Shown here: in pieces, positions 8,978 to 17,320 of the stretch
Position numbering within the stretch: position 1 is the first letter of the stretch
Layout of the letters: each line of letters opens with the position of its first letter
DNA from: Candidatus Syntropharchaeum caldarium
GTDB taxonomy: Archaea; Halobacteriota; Syntropharchaeia; Syntropharchaeales; Syntropharchaeaceae
Length of the DNA stretch: 32,000 nt
Assembly: GCA_001766815.1 (NCBI GenBank)
Contig: LYOS01000006.1
Coordinates: 1-32,000 of the forward strand
Reading direction: 5' to 3'
The notes under the pieces: generated by a model
Databases searched by the model: none
The model's input: the letters and a program-made list of their open reading frames with translations, nothing else
Told to the model about the DNA's origin: nothing
Made by a program: the position numbers and the translations under genes

Positions 8978-10471
8978 TCACACACCCCCAAAGAGATTGG
9001 TTATCGCCATCCGGGCGAGATCAAATATATGGAAAGTATCGGGTGCTACAAAGAGTATAATCGAGAAGAGGGCAGTTATAGCGAGCGGTATGATCATGAA
9101 AAGATAAAGAGATTGAGTTCTCTCTTTTCCTGGAATAACCTCACCTGAAGGCTTATCAAAGAACGCAGTCCTGATAACAGGGAAGAAATAGACAACATCC
9201 AGAAGCGAGGCGATAAGCGCAACCGCCAAGAAGATCGGCAGCCCCGCCTCGATCGTGCCCAGACAGATATACCACTTGCTTATAAATCCTACAACAGGCG
9301 GCAGTCCGCACATCCCGAGTGCACCTACTGTGAATGCAATCATCGTTATCGGTGCCTCCTTCGCTATGCCTGCCATCTCACTCACCTTTGTCTTGCCGGT
9401 TATCGCCATCAATGCCCCGGCACAGAGGAAGAGTGTGATCTTCATGAACCCGTGGAATGGAATGTGCATCATCGCGCCCATAACCCCCTTTGATCCAAGC
9501 ATTGCAACACCCAGGAGAATAAACGAGAGCTGGTTTATCGTTGAGTATGCGAGTCTCCGTTTCAGATTATCCTCCCCGATTGCAAATAGATTCGCAAGAA
9601 TTACCGTGATAGAGACAAGTATTGCCAGAAATACGCCAAGCCCGAGTGCGTGCATCAGATCCACCCCATAGATATAGCAGACGATCCGTATAACACCAAA
9701 TACACCTGCTTTCACAACTGCAACAGCATGAAGCAGCGCACTAACAGGTGTTGGCGCGATCATCGCGGTTGGAAGCCATGAATGGAATGGCATCCAGGCA
9801 GCTTTCATGAACCCAAGGAGGTAGCATACAAAGAGTATCTGCAAAAGCAGCGCCGAACTCGATGCAAGCGAGAGTATCCCACCTGCTTTAAAGTCTGTCG
9901 TCCCTGTGAGGTAATATGTTACCACGATCGCGATGAAGAAGAAAGCTCCAGACGTAAGCAGATAGTAAAGGTACTTACGACCTGCAGCCAGCGCTTCTGG
10001 GGTCTCAAGATGTGCGACCAGCGGATAAGTTGAGATCGTAAGTATCTCGTAGTGAAGGTACATCGTTACGAGGTTATCTGAGAATGCGATTCCGAGTGCA
10101 CCGAATATTGCCCAGGCAAAGCAGAAGTAAAATCTTGTCTGTGCGTGCTCCTCCAGTGTTCGCATGTAGCCTATGGAATATAGCGATACAAGTATCCAGA
10201 GAGAGGATGATGTTATCGCAAAGATCAGCCCAAAGGCATCGACGGTGTATGAAAAGCTCAGTCCCGGGTAGAGATTGAAGAGCGTGTAAGAGATGGTCCC
10301 TCCATCGAGGATAACTGGAACGAGCGAGAGGACGATCGGGAAGGTGATGATGCTTGCAAGAAGTGTACAGCCTTCACGGATGTTTGGATGCTTACCAGAT
10401 AGCAGGATCAGAACTGATGCAACTGCAGGAACCAGAATTGCAAGAAGTGGCACGTATTCTACAGGTATCAT
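8978..10471 (-). CDS. fqoM: F420H2 dehydrogenase subunit M (NuoM/MrpD-type antiporter-like subunit), 497 aa
   Basis: NuoM/MrpD-like polytopic protein (WMPFHSWLPTAMIAPTPVSALLHAVAVVKAG). Perfect SD GGGAGGTGATC upstream, and ATGA overlap with the fqoK stop. Confidence 0.88.
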   Translation of the reverse strand: MIPVEYVPLLAILVPAVASVLILLSGKHPNIREGCTLLASIITFPIVLSLVPVILDGGTISYTLFNLYPGLSFSYTVDAFGLIFAITSSSLWILVSLYSIGYMRTLEEHAQTRFYFCFAWAIFGALGIAFSDNLVTMYLHYEILTISTYPLVAHLETPEALAAGRKYLYYLLTSGAFFFIAIVVTYYLTGTTDFKAGGILSLASSSALLLQILFVCYLLGFMKAAWMPFHSWLPTAMIAPTPVSALLHAVAVVKAGVFGVIRIVCYIYGVDLMHALGLGVFLAILVSITVILANLFAIGEDNLKRRLAYSTINQLSFILLGVAMLGSKGVMGAMMHIPFHGFMKITLFLCAGALMAITGKTKVSEMAGIAKEAPITMIAFTVGALGMCGLPPVVGFISKWYICLGTIEAGLPIFLAVALIASLLDVVYFFPVIRTAFFDKPSGEVIPGKERTQSLYLFMIIPLAITALFSIILFVAPDTFHIFDLARMAITNLFGGV

Positions 10472-10785
10472 ACCCGATCACCTCCCACATCGATCAGCCC
10501 TGTTGAGAGATCTTTATGTTTTCTGTCAAAGAGTATGATCGCAGCAATGAGGACTAAAAGCTCAGCACTGCTTGTAAATATAGCAACAAGCGTTATCCCA
10601 AATGCGGTCTCGCTCAAGTTCGAGAAGAGCGGTATCAATGTAAGAAAGACCGCACCAAACATGAGTTCAAGTGATATCAGAAGTCTTACAATATCCTTAC
10701 TCGATATCGCGGTTGAATAACCGATGATGAGCAATATGAATGAGGTTATGTAGATGATGGATAAATTGATCGGATCTAATGACAT
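10468..10785 (-). CDS. fqoK: F420H2 dehydrogenase subunit K (NuoK homologue), 105 aa
   Basis: Three-TM NuoK-like protein (LLISLELMFGAVFL). GGAGG SD lies inside the 3' end of fqoJ, with a 10-nt overlap. Confidence 0.85.
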   Translation of the reverse strand: MSLDPINLSIIYITSFILLIIGYSTAISSKDIVRLLISLELMFGAVFLTLIPLFSNLSETAFGITLVAIFTSSAELLVLIAAIILFDRKHKDLSTGLIDVGGDRV

Positions 10786-11258
10786 TCGTCTGCGCCTCCT
10801 ATCATCTTCAAAACAGATAACATTAGAAGAATTCCAAGCGCTGTGAGTGATATTATAAGCAGGATATATTCAGGATTTGAGAGAAAAGATGCAAGCTCAA
10901 AGGCGATCGTTCGCCCAACGGGCACCCTGCCAAGCGTGGTATAGACAGATATGGCAATAACACCCGCCGTTACAATCGCCGGGATCAGCCACATCTTCAA
11001 TGAATTGCCATTTTCTGAATGTTCTCTGTAGGTTGAAGCAAGCGCGACGGTTACAACCCCGATCGCACCAACGAAGATAAAGACAATGAGCACAAACGCG
11101 GGCTCGATGCCAAGAAGGGCACAGGTCGTTGCAACCATGATCAGTGTTGCAGACATGTACATCGCAGCAAAGAAGTTATCTCTGACGAGAAGCACCCCTG
11201 TGGCAAAGAGAATTGTGATAACTGCAAGAATTCCGAGTGAAAGTGTTTCTACTATCAT
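10776..11258 (-). CDS. fqoJ: F420H2 dehydrogenase subunit J (NuoJ homologue), 160 aa
   Basis: Hydrophobic NuoJ-sized protein directly upstream of nuoK-like. It is the first gene of the tightly coupled operon, with GGAAGGA upstream of the ATG. Confidence 0.8.
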   Translation of the reverse strand: MIVETLSLGILAVITILFATGVLLVRDNFFAAMYMSATLIMVATTCALLGIEPAFVLIVFIFVGAIGVVTVALASTYREHSENGNSLKMWLIPAIVTAGVIAISVYTTLGRVPVGRTIAFELASFLSNPEYILLIISLTALGILLMLSVLKMIGGADECH

Positions 11259-11295
11259 GGTTTACATATCCTTCCATTCCCGTACAAATAAGTCA

Positions 11296-11312
11296 GAATA
11301 AATTAAATAGAA
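11296..11312 (-). promoter_or_regulatory. candidate TATA-like element for the fqo operon
   Basis: Minus-strand TTCTATTTAATTTATTC about 46 nt upstream of the fqoJ ATG, within the only gap (95 nt) between acd and fqoJ. A second AT-rich TTTAAATTT lies at ~11340-11352. Confidence 0.3.
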
Positions 11313-11353
11313 GTGGATTGCCCCCAGAGATTCTGGAGGCATATTTTCGAAAT

Positions 11354-12502
11354 TTAAAGCTTGCCAATGAGACCGCTTGCGATCGTGTTCTTCTGAACTT
11401 CCCGTGTGCCCTCATAGATCTCACAGATCTTGGCATCCCTGTAGATCCGCTCGACCTCATACTCGTTGATGTAGCCATAGCCACCAAATAGCTGGATCGC
11501 TTCATCAGCAACCTCTACTGCTGTACGGGCTGCAAACCACTTTGCCATCGAGGTTAAGACGGGATCTATCTTTCGCTCAAGGTCGTAGTTCAATGCCGCC
11601 TTGTAGACAAGCAGCTTTGATGCCTCGATCTTTGTCGCCATATCAGCAATCTTGTGCTGTGTGATCTGGAAAGACCCGAGTTTTCTACCATGAAGTTCTC
11701 GCTGTTTGATGTAGTCCATCACACGATCATAAGCTGCTTCAGCGGTTCCGAGCGCCTGGGCTGCAATCTCAATCCTTGACTCGTCAAAGAACTCAAGAAC
11801 CTGGTAGAAGCCTCTATTCTCAACGCCAACAAGGTTCTCAAGCGGAACACGAGCATCAGAGAATGATAACTCCGCTGTCGAGGTTGATCTGATTCCCATC
11901 TTCGATCCAACGTCAGCAGCCTCCCAGCAATCTTTCTCAACAAGGATCGTGGACATCCCACGGTACTTCGGCTTTGCGTCAGGATCTGTCTGTACAAGAA
12001 TGACTCCAAAGTCTGCAATCTCACCATTCGTGATGAACGTCTTTGTACCGTTTATCACCCACTCATCGCCATCCTTCACAGCTGTGGTCGACATCTCGGT
12101 GATATCGGATCCATGATCAGGCTCGGTGAAGATCCCTGCTGAGAGTGATTCACCACTGCATACCTTTGGCAGGTACTTCTTCTTCTGTTCTTCTGTGCCA
12201 CACCACTTGATGAGCTCAGAACCAAAATCAGCCAGCGCGATACATACCCCGAGCGTTGAGTCAACCCTGCACATCTCCTCAACGATCAATGCGTTCTCAA
12301 AAGCACCGAGTCCAGCTCCACCGTACTCCTCCTCGTAGTGGACACCGATGAAACCAAGCTGTCCTGCCTTTTTGATAAGCTCACGTGGGAACTTGTGCTC
12401 CTGATCACACTCCGTCGCAAAGTCCTTATCGAACTCACCCTGTGCAAACTCTCGCGCTGCATTTGCGATATCCTGCTGCTCTTCACTCAATATAAAGTCC
12501 AT
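11354..12502 (-). CDS. acyl-CoA dehydrogenase, 382 aa
   Basis: ACAD family signatures (FTEPDHGSD, catalytic-base region CEIYEGTREVQ). Start set at ATG 12502, which has AAGGAGGT 8 nt upstream; the ORF-track start at 12520 contains that SD. Confidence 0.92.
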   Translation of the reverse strand: MDFILSEEQQDIANAAREFAQGEFDKDFATECDQEHKFPRELIKKAGQLGFIGVHYEEEYGGAGLGAFENALIVEEMCRVDSTLGVCIALADFGSELIKWCGTEEQKKKYLPKVCSGESLSAGIFTEPDHGSDITEMSTTAVKDGDEWVINGTKTFITNGEIADFGVILVQTDPDAKPKYRGMSTILVEKDCWEAADVGSKMGIRSTSTAELSFSDARVPLENLVGVENRGFYQVLEFFDESRIEIAAQALGTAEAAYDRVMDYIKQRELHGRKLGSFQITQHKIADMATKIEASKLLVYKAALNYDLERKIDPVLTSMAKWFAARTAVEVADEAIQLFGGYGYINEYEVERIYRDAKICEIYEGTREVQKNTIASGLIGKL

Positions 12503-12526
12503 TTTCCGTACCTCCTTCAATCTGAA

Positions 12527-13495
12527 TTAGCCTTTAAGCTCAGTTATCTTCTCTTTCAGTACTGGTACTACCTTGAAAAGATCATTTACGATTCCATAAT
12601 CTGCAACATTGAATATTGGTGCCTTTGGATCCTTATTGATCGCAACGATAAGCCCAGAATCCTTCATTCCTGCAACATGCTGGAACGCACCGCTGATACC
12701 AAGTGCAAGGTAGAGCTTCGGTTTGACGATCTTGCCCGATGATCCGACCTGCCTATCCTTTGGAAGCCAGTTCTTATCAACCACCGGTCTTGAACATGCA
12801 AGAACACCTCCAAGTGCTTCTGCAAGCTCCTCTACCATTGGGATGTTCTCGGGATCCCCGATTGCCCTTCCGATACTGACGATGACATCTGCCTGAGTGA
12901 TATCAACCTCACCGGCTGGAGCCTCTTCATACCCGATAAACTTCCTGTATGGTACATCTTCGATCGCAACTGATTCTTTGACGATTTCACCGCTTAATGT
13001 TCCTTCCTCGACTGGAAATGCAGCAGATCTTATCGTTATCATGTATCGATCGCCTTTGAACGATACTTTAGCGTTCACTTTACCACTGTAGATCTGGCGG
13101 ATTGCAAAGAGCTTGCCACCATCAACCTCAAGGCCTATGCAATCTGTTGCAAGCGGAAGTCCAAGTTCGACTGCCAGGGCTGGTGCAAGATCCATCCCGA
13201 AGGCAGTATGCCCGATGAGCGTGACCACAGGGTTCTTATCACTGATCAACTTTGAGAGAACCTTCTGATAGATCTCTGCATTGAAGTAATCAAGTTTAGG
13301 ATCATCAACAACAAGCACGGTGTCTGCATAACTTCCAAGTTTCTCTGCATAAGTGTCGACATCATGCCCGAGAAGTACAGCTGTTATGGTTGCACCCATA
13401 TCTTTTCCAAGATATTTTGCTGCACCGAGCATCTCAAATGTGATCTCTCTCAGTTCACCCTCTCTGTGCTCAGCCAGTACAAAAATTTCAGCCAT
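12527..13495 (-). CDS. etfA: electron transfer flavoprotein alpha subunit (EtfA), 322 aa
   Basis: EtfA-like sequence with the C-terminal FAD-binding region (LYLALGISGAFQHVAGM). The ATG immediately follows the etfB stop. Confidence 0.92.
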   Translation of the reverse strand: MAEIFVLAEHREGELREITFEMLGAAKYLGKDMGATITAVLLGHDVDTYAEKLGSYADTVLVVDDPKLDYFNAEIYQKVLSKLISDKNPVVTLIGHTAFGMDLAPALAVELGLPLATDCIGLEVDGGKLFAIRQIYSGKVNAKVSFKGDRYMITIRSAAFPVEEGTLSGEIVKESVAIEDVPYRKFIGYEEAPAGEVDITQADVIVSIGRAIGDPENIPMVEELAEALGGVLACSRPVVDKNWLPKDRQVGSSGKIVKPKLYLALGISGAFQHVAGMKDSGLIVAINKDPKAPIFNVADYGIVNDLFKVVPVLKEKITELKG

Positions 13496-14278
13496 CTAAA
13501 GCACCCCCTTCTCTTTCATGATTTCTGCAAGCTTAGATGCAGCCTCTGCCGGATCACCTTCAAGGATCTCAGCCACCTTTGTCACCGGTGGTACACTCAG
13601 CTCTTCGATAACCGTCAATGAACCTTCCTCTCCGACATCCTTTGGTAAAAGTCCAAGATCGCTGATGTCAAGCAGTTTTATCTCCTTCTTCGAGGCTTTT
13701 CGGATGCCCATGATCGAGACATATCGTGGTTCATTGATTCCGGTCTGAACGCCAACAACGGCTGGTAGATCCATCTCCAGTACTTCCATAAGTCCGCCTT
13801 CAAGCTCACGCTTCACCTTTGCCTTGCCATCCTCGATATCAAGTCCCACAGCGAGCGTTGCATGTGGCACACCGAGCATCTCTGCGAGCGCGACAGGTAC
13901 AATTCCAGCACCAAGATCGCCTGCCTGAGCGCCCGTTAAGACCAGATCATAATCAATATCCTTTATCGCGGCTGCAAGCGTCTTTGCGATCGCCATTGAG
14001 TCAGATCCCGCCAGTGCAGGATGGTCGATCCTGATTCCCGTATCTCCTCCCATCGCAAGTCCACGCCGTATCACCTCTTTTGCTCCCTCGTCACCGATAC
14101 TGATCACGGTGATATTGCCACCAAGCTTCTCCTTGATCTGCACCGCTTCTTCGACCGCATAGTTGTCCCACTCGTTGATCTCAAAGGCGAGATCATCTTT
14201 CTTGATGTCTTTTCCTGTAATTACCACATCCGCCTCAGATGTGTCAGGAACCCGTTTTACACAGACTACTATCTCCAT
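13496..14278 (-). CDS. etfB: electron transfer flavoprotein beta subunit (EtfB), 260 aa
   Basis: Begins MEIVVCVKRVPD, typical of EtfB. GGAGAGGAAC SD upstream of ATG 14278. The longer ORF-track start (14338) would overlap the upstream gene. Confidence 0.92.
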   Translation of the reverse strand: MEIVVCVKRVPDTSEADVVITGKDIKKDDLAFEINEWDNYAVEEAVQIKEKLGGNITVISIGDEGAKEVIRRGLAMGGDTGIRIDHPALAGSDSMAIAKTLAAAIKDIDYDLVLTGAQAGDLGAGIVPVALAEMLGVPHATLAVGLDIEDGKAKVKRELEGGLMEVLEMDLPAVVGVQTGINEPRYVSIMGIRKASKKEIKLLDISDLGLLPKDVGEEGSLTVIEELSVPPVTKVAEILEGDPAEAASKLAEIMKEKGVL

Positions 14279-14312
14279 ATTGTTCCTCTCCAGTATCTTA
14301 CTGATCCCGAAA

Positions 14313-15461
14313 TTATAATGACTCCGCAAGGAGTTCAAGAATATCTTTTACAATGATCTGACCATCATATCCCGCGGTCTTGACCGCATCCTCCAGGGTT
14401 AACATGCAGAACGGACATGCGACAGCGATGATCTCTGCACCCTGCTCAGCCGCATCTCGCACCCGCACAACAGCAGTACGCTCTCCTTCTGCCCCCTCGT
14501 TCCACATCATGCCGCCACCGCCTTCACAGCAGAGACTTCGTTCCCTTGAACGTTCCATCTCGACAAATGTCACACCAGGGATCGCCTCGATCACCTTTCG
14601 TGGCTCGTCATAGATTGAGTTATGCTTTCCAAGATAACATGGATCGTGATATGTGACAACCTTTCCAAGCTCCTTTGATAACTCCAGCCCATCTTTATCA
14701 ATCAGCTCTGCCAGAAATTGCGTATAATGCTTTACCCCGAAGTTAACATCTGCATACTCACTGTACTTGTTTGAGAATGCGTTATAGCAGTGGGGCGAAA
14801 TTGTTACCATATCTTTGACTTCAAAGCCACCAAATAACTCGGTGTTCTCCTCTACAAGCATCTCGAAGAGTCCTTCCTCACCCATCGCATGCATCTCACT
14901 CCCGCAGCATGACTCTTCATTTCCAAGAATGCCATAGTCAACACCTGCGGCATTAAAAACTGTTGCAAACGCCCTCGCCACATCCTGGACGCGCGGATCG
15001 TAAGATGGTGTGCATCCGATAAAAGCAAGGAGTTCTGCAGTTGCGCCACTGGTGAGATCTTTAACCTCCCCTTCAAAGTCCTGGAGCCATTCGGTCCGCT
15101 TCATCTTTGATCTGCCCCAGGGGTTGCCGTTCTTGACCGTAGATTCAAGTGCTTCCATTATCGTCTTTGGAACGCCACGCCCCTCTTCGATAAGAAGGCT
15201 TCTCATACCGAAGATTACCTCTGCTGGATCAAGGCTTCGTGGGCATCGACTCGTGCAGGTGCCACAGGATGTGCAGTCCCAGAGTTCTTTCAGGCCCAGA
15301 ACAACATCAGGGCTCTCACTTATAAGTGCCGTTCTCATCATCCTGCGAACATTCAGCGGTGATTTCAAAGAAACAGTGCATCCACCCGTGCATTTACCGC
15401 ATTGCATACATGTGTATAGATCAAATTTTTGAGCAAACGTCTCGCCTGCAATCTCCATCAT
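14313..15461 (-). CDS. soluble HdrD/GlpC-like Fe-S oxidoreductase (2x[4Fe-4S] plus two CCG domains), 382 aa
   Basis: CMQCGKCTGGC and CTSCGTCTSRCP ferredoxin motifs, plus two CCG-type cysteine motifs (SCCGSE, LCCEGGGG, each flanked by further Cys). No hydrophobic segment long enough for a TM helix. GGAGAGGAG SD upstream. Confidence 0.88.
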   Translation of the reverse strand: MMEIAGETFAQKFDLYTCMQCGKCTGGCTVSLKSPLNVRRMMRTALISESPDVVLGLKELWDCTSCGTCTSRCPRSLDPAEVIFGMRSLLIEEGRGVPKTIMEALESTVKNGNPWGRSKMKRTEWLQDFEGEVKDLTSGATAELLAFIGCTPSYDPRVQDVARAFATVFNAAGVDYGILGNEESCCGSEMHAMGEEGLFEMLVEENTELFGGFEVKDMVTISPHCYNAFSNKYSEYADVNFGVKHYTQFLAELIDKDGLELSKELGKVVTYHDPCYLGKHNSIYDEPRKVIEAIPGVTFVEMERSRERSLCCEGGGGMMWNEGAEGERTAVVRVRDAAEQGAEIIAVACPFCMLTLEDAVKTAGYDGQIIVKDILELLAESL

Positions 15462-15495
15462 TTACTCCTCTCCGCCCTATGGTGAATAAACATGA

Positions 15496-15505
15496 CTTTT
15501 ATATC
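15496..15505 (-). promoter_or_regulatory. candidate TATA box for the hdrD-like/etfBA/acd unit
   Basis: Minus-strand GATATAAAAG centred ~40 nt upstream of ATG 15461. This would give a short leader carrying the GGAGAGGAG SD. Confidence 0.35.
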
Positions 15506-16003
15506 TAATGAATCACTTCACAGTATCACACTAATAAAGTTTTCTAAATCTATCAATCGTGTGGTTAAATACAGAAAAATATCATAATAAAAGGTGTGAA
15601 AGCGCATAACTTGAAGGAATTCGATCTAATGCTCCTGAAAGATGAAATTATCGTGTTAACAGGTGTATATGACTCTGATAAGTCCTCTTTAGAATTTGAC
15701 ACAATATATGCTTGGGGTCAACAACGTTAAGCAGATGAAGTTCTGAGTGAGTCTGCTTTATTTCTCTGATTATAGGACGAATTTAAACTATATTACGACT
15801 TACTTCTGAAATTTTACGAGAGGCATGGGATAAGAACAAATATCATCTTTTGAAAGAGCTGTTGAGGTGTGTGGTACTTCAGCACGCACTATGGATTCTG
15901 CCTGAAATTCTTTTGATACCTCAATTCCAGTAGATTTGCGCAACCCTATGTGCTCTATTTACAGATGACTGGAATTTAAAGGGAGTCGATGTACGATTCA
16001 AAC

Positions 16004-16020
16004 GAAAAACCTTTTATAAA
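16004..16020 (+). promoter_or_regulatory. candidate BRE/TATA box for PAN
   Basis: GAAAAAC followed by TTTTATAAA (16012-16020), centred ~24 nt upstream of ATG 16040. The same TTTATAAA-to-ATG geometry recurs at 26832-26840. Confidence 0.45.
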
Positions 16021-16039
16021 GTACCGAGGATGTATAATC

Positions 16040-17320
16040 ATGGGATCAACTGGGTCACCTTCAGGTATGGATAAAGAAGATATAAATAACATAGCTCAGA
16101 AGAAATCTACCAAAGATCCAGATGAGTTTTCACAGTACCTCATCGATCGGATGCACCAGCTTGAAGAGCATAATATCAGGCTGAAAGAAGAGACCCGCAA
16201 GGTAGAGTCGGAGAAAAAGTTCGCAGAGAGCCAGAAGGTGAAGTATGAAAGGGAAGTGAGACGACTCAGAAGCGAGATTGAGCGCATGAAAGCTCCGCCT
16301 CTTCTTGTTGGCACCGTGATGGAAGAACTGGATGGAGAACGGGTTCTGATCAAGAGCAGTGCAGGGCCAAACTTTGTGGTAAATATAAGCACGTTCATCA
16401 GTAAAGATGAGATATACCCGGGTGCACAGGTTGCACTTAACCAGCAGTCGCTCGCGGTCGTGAATGTGCTTCCCGCACCGAAAGATCCACTCGTTCATGG
16501 CATGGAAATTATTGAGACTCCAACAGTCAGTTATGCAGATATTGGGGGTTTGGATGCCCAGATAGAGGAGATTAAAGAGGCTGTTGAACTCCCACTTATC
16601 GCTCCAGAGCGATTTGAAGCGGTCGGTGTTGAACCACCGAAAGGCGTACTGCTAATCGGTCCACCTGGGACAGGTAAGACGATGCTCGCAAAAGCCGTTG
16701 CAAATGAGACAAAAGCAACATTTATCAGGATCGTGGGATCTGAACTTGTCCAGAAATATATTGGAGAGGGTGCGCGTCTCGTACGTGAGATCTTCGTGAT
16801 GGCAAGAGAAAAATCTCCAAGTATTATCTTCATCGATGAACTGGATGCAGTCGGTGCAAGAAGGATCGATACAGGTACATCTGGCGATAGAGAGGTGCAG
16901 AGAACACTTATGCAACTTCTCGCCGAGATGGATGGCTTTGATCCAAGGGGTAACGTCAAACTGATGGCAGCAACAAACAGGCACGACATACTCGATCCAG
17001 CTCTGCTTCGACCTGGAAGGTTCGATCGGATTATCACCGTTCCTATTCCAAGCTTTGAAGCGAGGATCGAGATTTTGAAACTTCATTCAAGAAAAATGAA
17101 GATTGCACCAGGCATCAACTTTGAACGAATGGCAGCACTAACTCCAGATGCCACAGGAGCAGATTTGAAAGCGATTACGATGGAGGCGGGAATGTTTGCA
17201 GTCAGGGAAGAACGCGATGTCGTTGAGTGGAGTGACTTCGAACGCGCGATCGAGAAGGTTATGAAGTCCACACGACCATCACTGGAATCCAGAAACTCCG
17301 GTGGTGTGATGTTTGCATGA
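16040..17320 (+). CDS. pan: proteasome-activating nucleotidase (PAN, AAA+ ATPase), 426 aa from the proposed start
   Basis: Coiled-coil N-terminus, OB region ([29 protein letters not shown]), Walker A GPPGTGKT, Walker B IIFIDELD, and close similarity to the M. jannaschii PAN sequence as I recall it. Start is uncertain: ATG 15989, 16040 or 16067. I prefer 16040 because the TATA box lies inside the 15989 extension. Confidence 0.93.
   Translation: MGSTGSPSGMDKEDINNIAQKKSTKDPDEFSQYLIDRMHQLEEHNIRLKEETRKVESEKKFAESQKVKYEREVRRLRSEIERMKAPPLLVGTVMEELDGERVLIKSSAGPNFVVNISTFISKDEIYPGAQVALNQQSLAVVNVLPAPKDPLVHGMEIIETPTVSYADIGGLDAQIEEIKEAVELPLIAPERFEAVGVEPPKGVLLIGPPGTGKTMLAKAVANETKATFIRIVGSELVQKYIGEGARLVREIFVMAREKSPSIIFIDELDAVGARRIDTGTSGDREVQRTLMQLLAEMDGFDPRGNVKLMAATNRHDILDPALLRPGRFDRIITVPIPSFEARIEILKLHSRKMKIAPGINFERMAALTPDATGADLKAITMEAGMFAVREERDVVEWSDFERAIEKVMKSTRPSLESRNSGGVMFA

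Noticed and set aside
12338-12742. 134-aa plus-strand ORF spanning the acd/etfA junction.
   Set aside because: It runs antisense across two well-supported genes and their 24-nt gap, its composition is Leu/Ile/Cys-rich and motif-free, and it has no start context. It is a shadow ORF.
15600-15800. Possible C/D-box sRNA in the long spacer (several CTGA and GATGA strings, e.g. around 15633-15648 and 15733-15768).
   Set aside because: The box-like strings do not fall into a C - 12 nt - D' - C' - 12 nt - D arrangement, and no terminal pairing flanks them. CTGA and GATGA are short enough to occur by chance in AT-rich sequence.
15989-16039. ATG 15989 as the PAN start.
   Set aside because: The extension ([17 protein letters not shown]) contains the TTTTATAAA box and a GAGGAT SD-like element serving ATG 16040, and it has no counterpart in the PAN N-termini I recall. 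It remains possible and needs TSS or N-terminal data.
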